Positions 7,382 to 10,957 of a stretch of 10,957 nt of DNA are shown piece by piece. Position 1 is the first letter of the stretch, and every line of letters begins with the position of its first letter. The stretch lies in NCBI GenBank assembly GCA_036479435.1, contig JAZGFI010000245.1:1-10957 (forward strand), written 5' to 3'. The notes under the pieces are model-generated. The model saw only the letters and a program-made list of their open reading frames with translations. It was not told the DNA's origin and did no database searches. Position numbers and translations under genes: made by a program. Source of the DNA: Planctomycetota bacterium (GTDB taxonomy: Bacteria; Planctomycetota; GCA-002687715; DRQF01).

Positions 7382-7816
7382 AGCGGTGACACCCTTAAAG
7401 CACAAATTCATGTCCCCGAAGAGATGTCGTTATTGCCCCACTCCAGCTCTTCATTCGACCGTCCCCGCCAAGGAAGAAGCTAAGCCCGTGCGCACGATCG
7501 CGGCGCATTCCGAGACACCCTTCCAAGACACCGCATCGAGCCACCGCGCTGGGGTCACCCGACGTAGCGCGTAACCGGTTCGTCCGGGCTTGGCTAACCG
7601 CTGGCCATTCCAAAACCACGTCGAGTGAAATGGCGGTTGATCCCTCGCGGGGGCGGCGCAAGCGCGTCGTGGCAGAGCGAGGCAAAACAAGTCTGTCGGG
7701 CTTAGCCCACTTCCGATGATCCCGATGACCGAAAGCGTCATGGGGGGAGGGGGGGCTTATTCAGCGGGAGTGCTTTTTGGAGCGTTGGCACTAGGCTTCA
7801 GACCCCAAGCGGTCGC

Positions 7817-7849
7817 AAAAGAAGGGGCAGCCACCACGGACCGCCCTTC
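7817..7849 (-). terminator. Probable intrinsic terminator of the AT-hook/wHTH gene
   Basis: Minus strand reads GAAGGGCGG-TCCGTGGTGG-CTGCCCCTTC-TTTT, an imperfect GC stem plus T run, 24 nt after the stop at 7874. Confidence 0.55.
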
Positions 7850-7873
7850 CCCAGTTCGCAATTTGTCACTTGC

Positions 7874-8362
7874 CTAAGCTACGTGATATTCGGTCCCACG
7901 AGCCTGTCCCTGGCGCTTTACCATCTTCTGATCCACCAAGGATTGCAAGGCTCTGCGCACCTGCACGGACTCGCCACCGACTTCCGCTCGAACCGATTCG
8001 GCCCCGAGTTGCCCACCATCTGCCGACAAGATCGCAAACACATCTCGCACCAGCTCTTCTCTTCCGGCAGCGGTGCGCGTGTTGCGGGCGCGGTCCTTCA
8101 TCGTCTTCACCGCAGCCTTCGCGGTTGACCCTTTGGGACGACCTGGGCCGCGCTTTGTGGGCTGACCGCCAACCGCGGTCAAAAACTCCTTCACGCTGAG
8201 TGCGTTGAGTTCTGCGGCAAAGTCGGCGGCTTTGAATCCATCGATGATCTCGCCCATGGTCGCCGACTGCGGAATCGCCGCCAGCGCTTTATTGACGAAC
8301 TCAGCATTTACCCTCTCGATAGCGCCGGTGATAACGCTCTCAATTCTTGTTTGCTTGGCCAT
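7874..8362 (-). CDS. Putative DNA-binding protein: AT-hook plus C-terminal winged helix-turn-helix
   Basis: KRGPGRPKG AT-hook-like motif. C-terminal VRRALQSLVDQKMVKRQGQARGTEY fits a wHTH recognition helix and wing. ATG at 8362 has GGAG upstream (alternative start 8383). Confidence 0.82.
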   Translation of the reverse strand: MAKQTRIESVITGAIERVNAEFVNKALAAIPQSATMGEIIDGFKAADFAAELNALSVKEFLTAVGGQPTKRGPGRPKGSTAKAAVKTMKDRARNTRTAAGREELVRDVFAILSADGGQLGAESVRAEVGGESVQVRRALQSLVDQKMVKRQGQARGTEYHVA

Positions 8363-8506
8363 AGTGGGATCACTCCGGTTCATTCTTCGTTTTCCACGCC
8401 GATGGAAGCTTCGTAGCGAGTATCCCCGTAATGTGCTATTAATTCAATGGCATTCCTTCCGAGTCATCATTCCAAGTCGCCATATTCACCGACTGCGAGA
8501 CTGGAC

Positions 8507-9727
8507 ATGACTGACACTTTGATCACCGAGACGGTCAAACTTGATCGCCTCTTCCCCAACCCTTCGAATCCCCGCTTCAACGACGAGGCCATTCCGCACG
8601 TTGCGGCTTCCTTGCGCCGTTTCGGATGGCAGCAGCCCATCGTCGCGAAGATGAGCGGCGAGATCATTGCCGGGCATACTCGGTTTTTAGCTGCCCAGTC
8701 TCTTTCCATGCAGGAGATCCCCGTTGTGTGGTTCGAAGGCGATGATCTGGAAGCCGTGGCCTTTGGGATTGCCGACAATAGGACCGGCGAGTTTGCGAGC
8801 TGGGATGACGAGGCTTTGGCGAAGCTCCTAAGCCAGCTGCGAGACGAAGATGCCCTCGAAGGCGTTGGCTACGACGACAAGGAGATCGATGCCCTCCTCC
8901 ACTCGGTCTTAGAGGAATCGGATCTCGAAGATGCAGGAGCCGAAGAGCCGCCGGAAAACCCTTTCACGAAGAAAGGGGATCTCTGGCTACTCGGCAAGCA
9001 TCGCGTGTTGTGCGGCGACGCCACCAACGAGCGCGACGTCGAGACCCTTCTTGCGGGCAAGCGCCCTGGCCTCATGATCACCGACCCGCCCTACGGCGTG
9101 AGCTACCGGCCGGAGTGGCGACAAGAAGCGGGCTTGGCTGACGGCGGCAAGACAGCCGAAGTCGCCAACGATGAGCGCGTGGACTGGACCGATGCCTGGC
9201 GTTTATTCCCCGGCGAGGTCGCCTACGTTTGGCACGCGGGTGTACATTCACCATCGGTAGGTCAGCAACTCATGGACGTCGGTTTCGACATCCGTTCGCA
9301 GATCATCTGGGCCAAGAACCGCTTTGCGATCAGCCGAGGCCATTACCACTGGCAGCACGAGCCCTGTTTCTACGTCGTTCGATCGAGCGCCACCGCATCA
9401 TGGGGCGGAGACCACGCTCAATGCACCCTGTGGCCCATCGCACATGACAAGGACGACCAAACCGAGCACTCAACGCAAAAGCCCTTGGAGTGCATGCTGC
9501 GACCCCTACGCAATCATGACATCCATGATGTCTATGACCCTTTTCTGGGCTCGGGTACGACCATCATCGCAGCAGAGAAGCTCAACCGGCGTTGTTTTGG
9601 TTTGGAGCTAACGCCAAGGTTTTGCGATGTGATCATTTCTCGTTGGGAAAAGGCCACGGGGCAGGAAGCGATTCTTGAGTCGAGCAAAGAGAACTTCATA
9701 ACCACCGCGGAACGCCGCGCTGACTGA
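8507..9727 (+). CDS. ParB/Srx-like N-terminal domain fused to N6/N4 DNA methyltransferase (beta order), prophage type
   Basis: NPRFND...SLRRFGWQQPIV...IIAGHTR...IADNR (ParB-N); GDLWLLGKHRVLCGDAT; catalytic TDPPY precedes HSTQKP and SAM-binding DPFLGSGTT. Start at 8507 preferred over 8447. Confidence 0.93.
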   Translation: MTDTLITETVKLDRLFPNPSNPRFNDEAIPHVAASLRRFGWQQPIVAKMSGEIIAGHTRFLAAQSLSMQEIPVVWFEGDDLEAVAFGIADNRTGEFASWDDEALAKLLSQLRDEDALEGVGYDDKEIDALLHSVLEESDLEDAGAEEPPENPFTKKGDLWLLGKHRVLCGDATNERDVETLLAGKRPGLMITDPPYGVSYRPEWRQEAGLADGGKTAEVANDERVDWTDAWRLFPGEVAYVWHAGVHSPSVGQQLMDVGFDIRSQIIWAKNRFAISRGHYHWQHEPCFYVVRSSATASWGGDHAQCTLWPIAHDKDDQTEHSTQKPLECMLRPLRNHDIHDVYDPFLGSGTTIIAAEKLNRRCFGLELTPRFCDVIISRWEKATGQEAILESSKENFITTAERRAD

Positions 9728-10332
9728 TGAGCACCAAGCTCCCAAGTGAAGCCGTCGACTATTACCTCTCCTTGGGGGCAGAGCGAAGCTACATCGCGGT
9801 GGCGAGACTATTCGAGGTTTCGAAACGCACGGTCTCCAGGAGAGCGGCTGAGGAAGATTGGCAATCACGAGTTGAGGAGCTGGAACGACCGGATCGGGAG
9901 CAAGCCTTCGAACAAAAAAAGGCGCAGCAGGCTGTCGAGGTGACCCGCGTCAACGGGCTGCAGGATGCCTTTCGGGAAGTCATCACGCCGCAACGCATGA
10001 AGGCCCTGGTCGCGACTATGTTTAAGAATGCAGTCCAAAAAGACGATGTGCGAGCCGCGAGATTTCTGATTGAACGTTCGCTGGGGCGTGCGCGCAATGA
10101 GCCCCTAAGCCCCGTCAGTTTGGACCTCCCGAACGGCCTGGAGACCACGACCGATATCCGCCGGGCCGCCAACTCACTTTTGCAGAGCATCGCCGATGGA
10201 AGCCTTGCGCCGGAAGACGCGCAGAAAGCCGCCATGGTTTTGGAGGCAGTTCGCACGTCGATTGAAACTGAGGATCTTGAAAAGCGCCTGATCGAACTCG
10301 AAGAGCAATTGAAGCGGCAGGACAAACCATGA
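9727..10332 (+). CDS. HTH protein, terminase-small-subunit-like
   Basis: TGATG overlap with the MTase. N-terminal YYLSLGAERSYIAVARLFEVSKRTVSRRAAEEDW HTH, DVRAARFLIERSLG helix, C-terminal DLEKRLIELEEQL coiled coil. Sits after ParB-MTase as in phage packaging regions. Function is inferred. Confidence 0.65.
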   Translation: MSTKLPSEAVDYYLSLGAERSYIAVARLFEVSKRTVSRRAAEEDWQSRVEELERPDREQAFEQKKAQQAVEVTRVNGLQDAFREVITPQRMKALVATMFKNAVQKDDVRAARFLIERSLGRARNEPLSPVSLDLPNGLETTTDIRRAANSLLQSIADGSLAPEDAQKAAMVLEAVRTSIETEDLEKRLIELEEQLKRQDKP

Positions 10333-10625
10333 GGCTGAAGCAGCGGGTTCGACGCCTGTCACGGCTCATCGAAGTCGCGCCACCGGAAGACATGGGCTTT
10401 TTGCCAGCGAACTTTGCAGAGGACATCGCCGGTGTCGAGTTGTCCACCATGGCGGTTCGCGACCGGCTTGCAGCTCATGCCCGCTACCGCGAGCAATCTG
10501 CGCCCGTGTTCGCCGAGATTGACGCTGCCATGAAGGCGGAGGCCGAGGCTCTGGCCGATTCCACCAGTTCGGGGCCAAGATCCCCTGGGAAACCTCAGGG
10601 CTCTGAAGAGCTTATTGACGACTGA
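10329..10625 (+). CDS. Hypothetical protein, 98 aa
   Basis: ATGA overlap with the upstream stop; basic amphipathic N-terminus MRLKQRVRRLSR. Confidence 0.7.
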   Translation: MRLKQRVRRLSRLIEVAPPEDMGFLPANFAEDIAGVELSTMAVRDRLAAHARYREQSAPVFAEIDAAMKAEAEALADSTSSGPRSPGKPQGSEELIDD

Positions 10626-10712
10626 TCTAAATATCGGAATCTGACTTCCCATTCCCTTGGATTGGAGCGTGTATGGCGTCCACGCAAATCACCACGAACC
10701 GAGGAGGTCCAG

Positions 10713-10889
10713 ATGGACGCCAATTCCAAGAGAACCCCAAGCACCCCCAAGGCACAAGCGAAAGTTTCGACCACGAAGTCACACCCTCAGCAAGTCCTCG
10801 CCCAAGTAGGCACGCTCGGTGAGCTCGCCGAGGTGTCAGCAGCCAACTTAGTCGAGGGCAATTCGGCGATTTATCGCCACGCTCTTTGA
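10713..10889 (+). CDS. Small peptide (58 aa), possible RiPP (lasso-like) precursor
   Basis: GAGGAGG at 10701-10707, 5 nt before the ATG. Sequence MDANSKRTPSTPKAQAKVSTTKSHPQQVLAQVGTLGELAEVSAANLVEGNSAIYRHAL; followed by a long hairpin. Confidence 0.6.
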   Translation: MDANSKRTPSTPKAQAKVSTTKSHPQQVLAQVGTLGELAEVSAANLVEGNSAIYRHAL

Positions 10890-10922
10890 GGCTCGTTGGA
10901 TTCTGAGCCTCAAAGAGCGTGG
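10877..10922 (+). promoter_or_regulatory. 18-bp perfect stem-loop without U-tract (mRNA stabiliser/attenuator-like)
   Basis: CCACGCTCTTTGAGGCTC (10877-10894) pairs with GAGCCTCAAAGAGCGTGG (10905-10922), 10-nt loop; overlaps the peptide stop codon. Confidence 0.8.
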
Positions 10923-10957
10923 TGGTCGGCATCCGAGCCATGCCTTTGAAAACCTCG

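Noticed and set aside
6886..7741. Short ORFs in the long intergenic region
   Set aside because: No RBS or motif support, mutually overlapping, and partly built from the TGGCACC repeats.
8507..9727. MTase as part of a restriction-modification system
   Set aside because: No adjacent endonuclease; the architecture and context are those of an orphan phage-type ParB-MTase.
10877..10922. Hairpin as a classical intrinsic terminator
   Set aside because: No T-tract follows on either strand; kept only as a stem-loop.

Overview
Accessory, mobile-element-rich bacterial window (GC-rich; host not determinable) in four blocks. (1) 1-2770 is a pile-up of one DDE (rve integrase-core) insertion sequence: the 3' end of one copy, a 5'-truncated copy, one apparently complete 1.3-kb element (1165-2470), and an extra solo right-end module plus degenerate ends. 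(2) 2659-6861 (- strand) holds an apparent operon of four tandem, strongly diverged ~115-128 aa paralogues sharing S-x-D-G-x-x-W, aromatic-x-R and a terminal F-x6-S-x-Q. These are followed by a Cys/Pro-repeat coiled-coil protein and, further down, an HExxH metallopeptidase-like gene. (3) 7200-10625 has a TGGCACC repeat cluster, an AT-hook/winged-helix DNA-binding gene, and a translationally coupled phage-like trio (ParB-DNA methyltransferase, terminase-small-subunit-like protein, small hypothetical) with no large terminase following. (4) 10701-10957 has a 58-aa ORF with a strong RBS and lasso-peptide-precursor-like layout, followed by an 18-bp perfect hairpin. The best candidates for undescribed biology are the four-paralogue operon and the atypical peptide precursor. 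All product calls come from motif recognition by eye; no searches were run.
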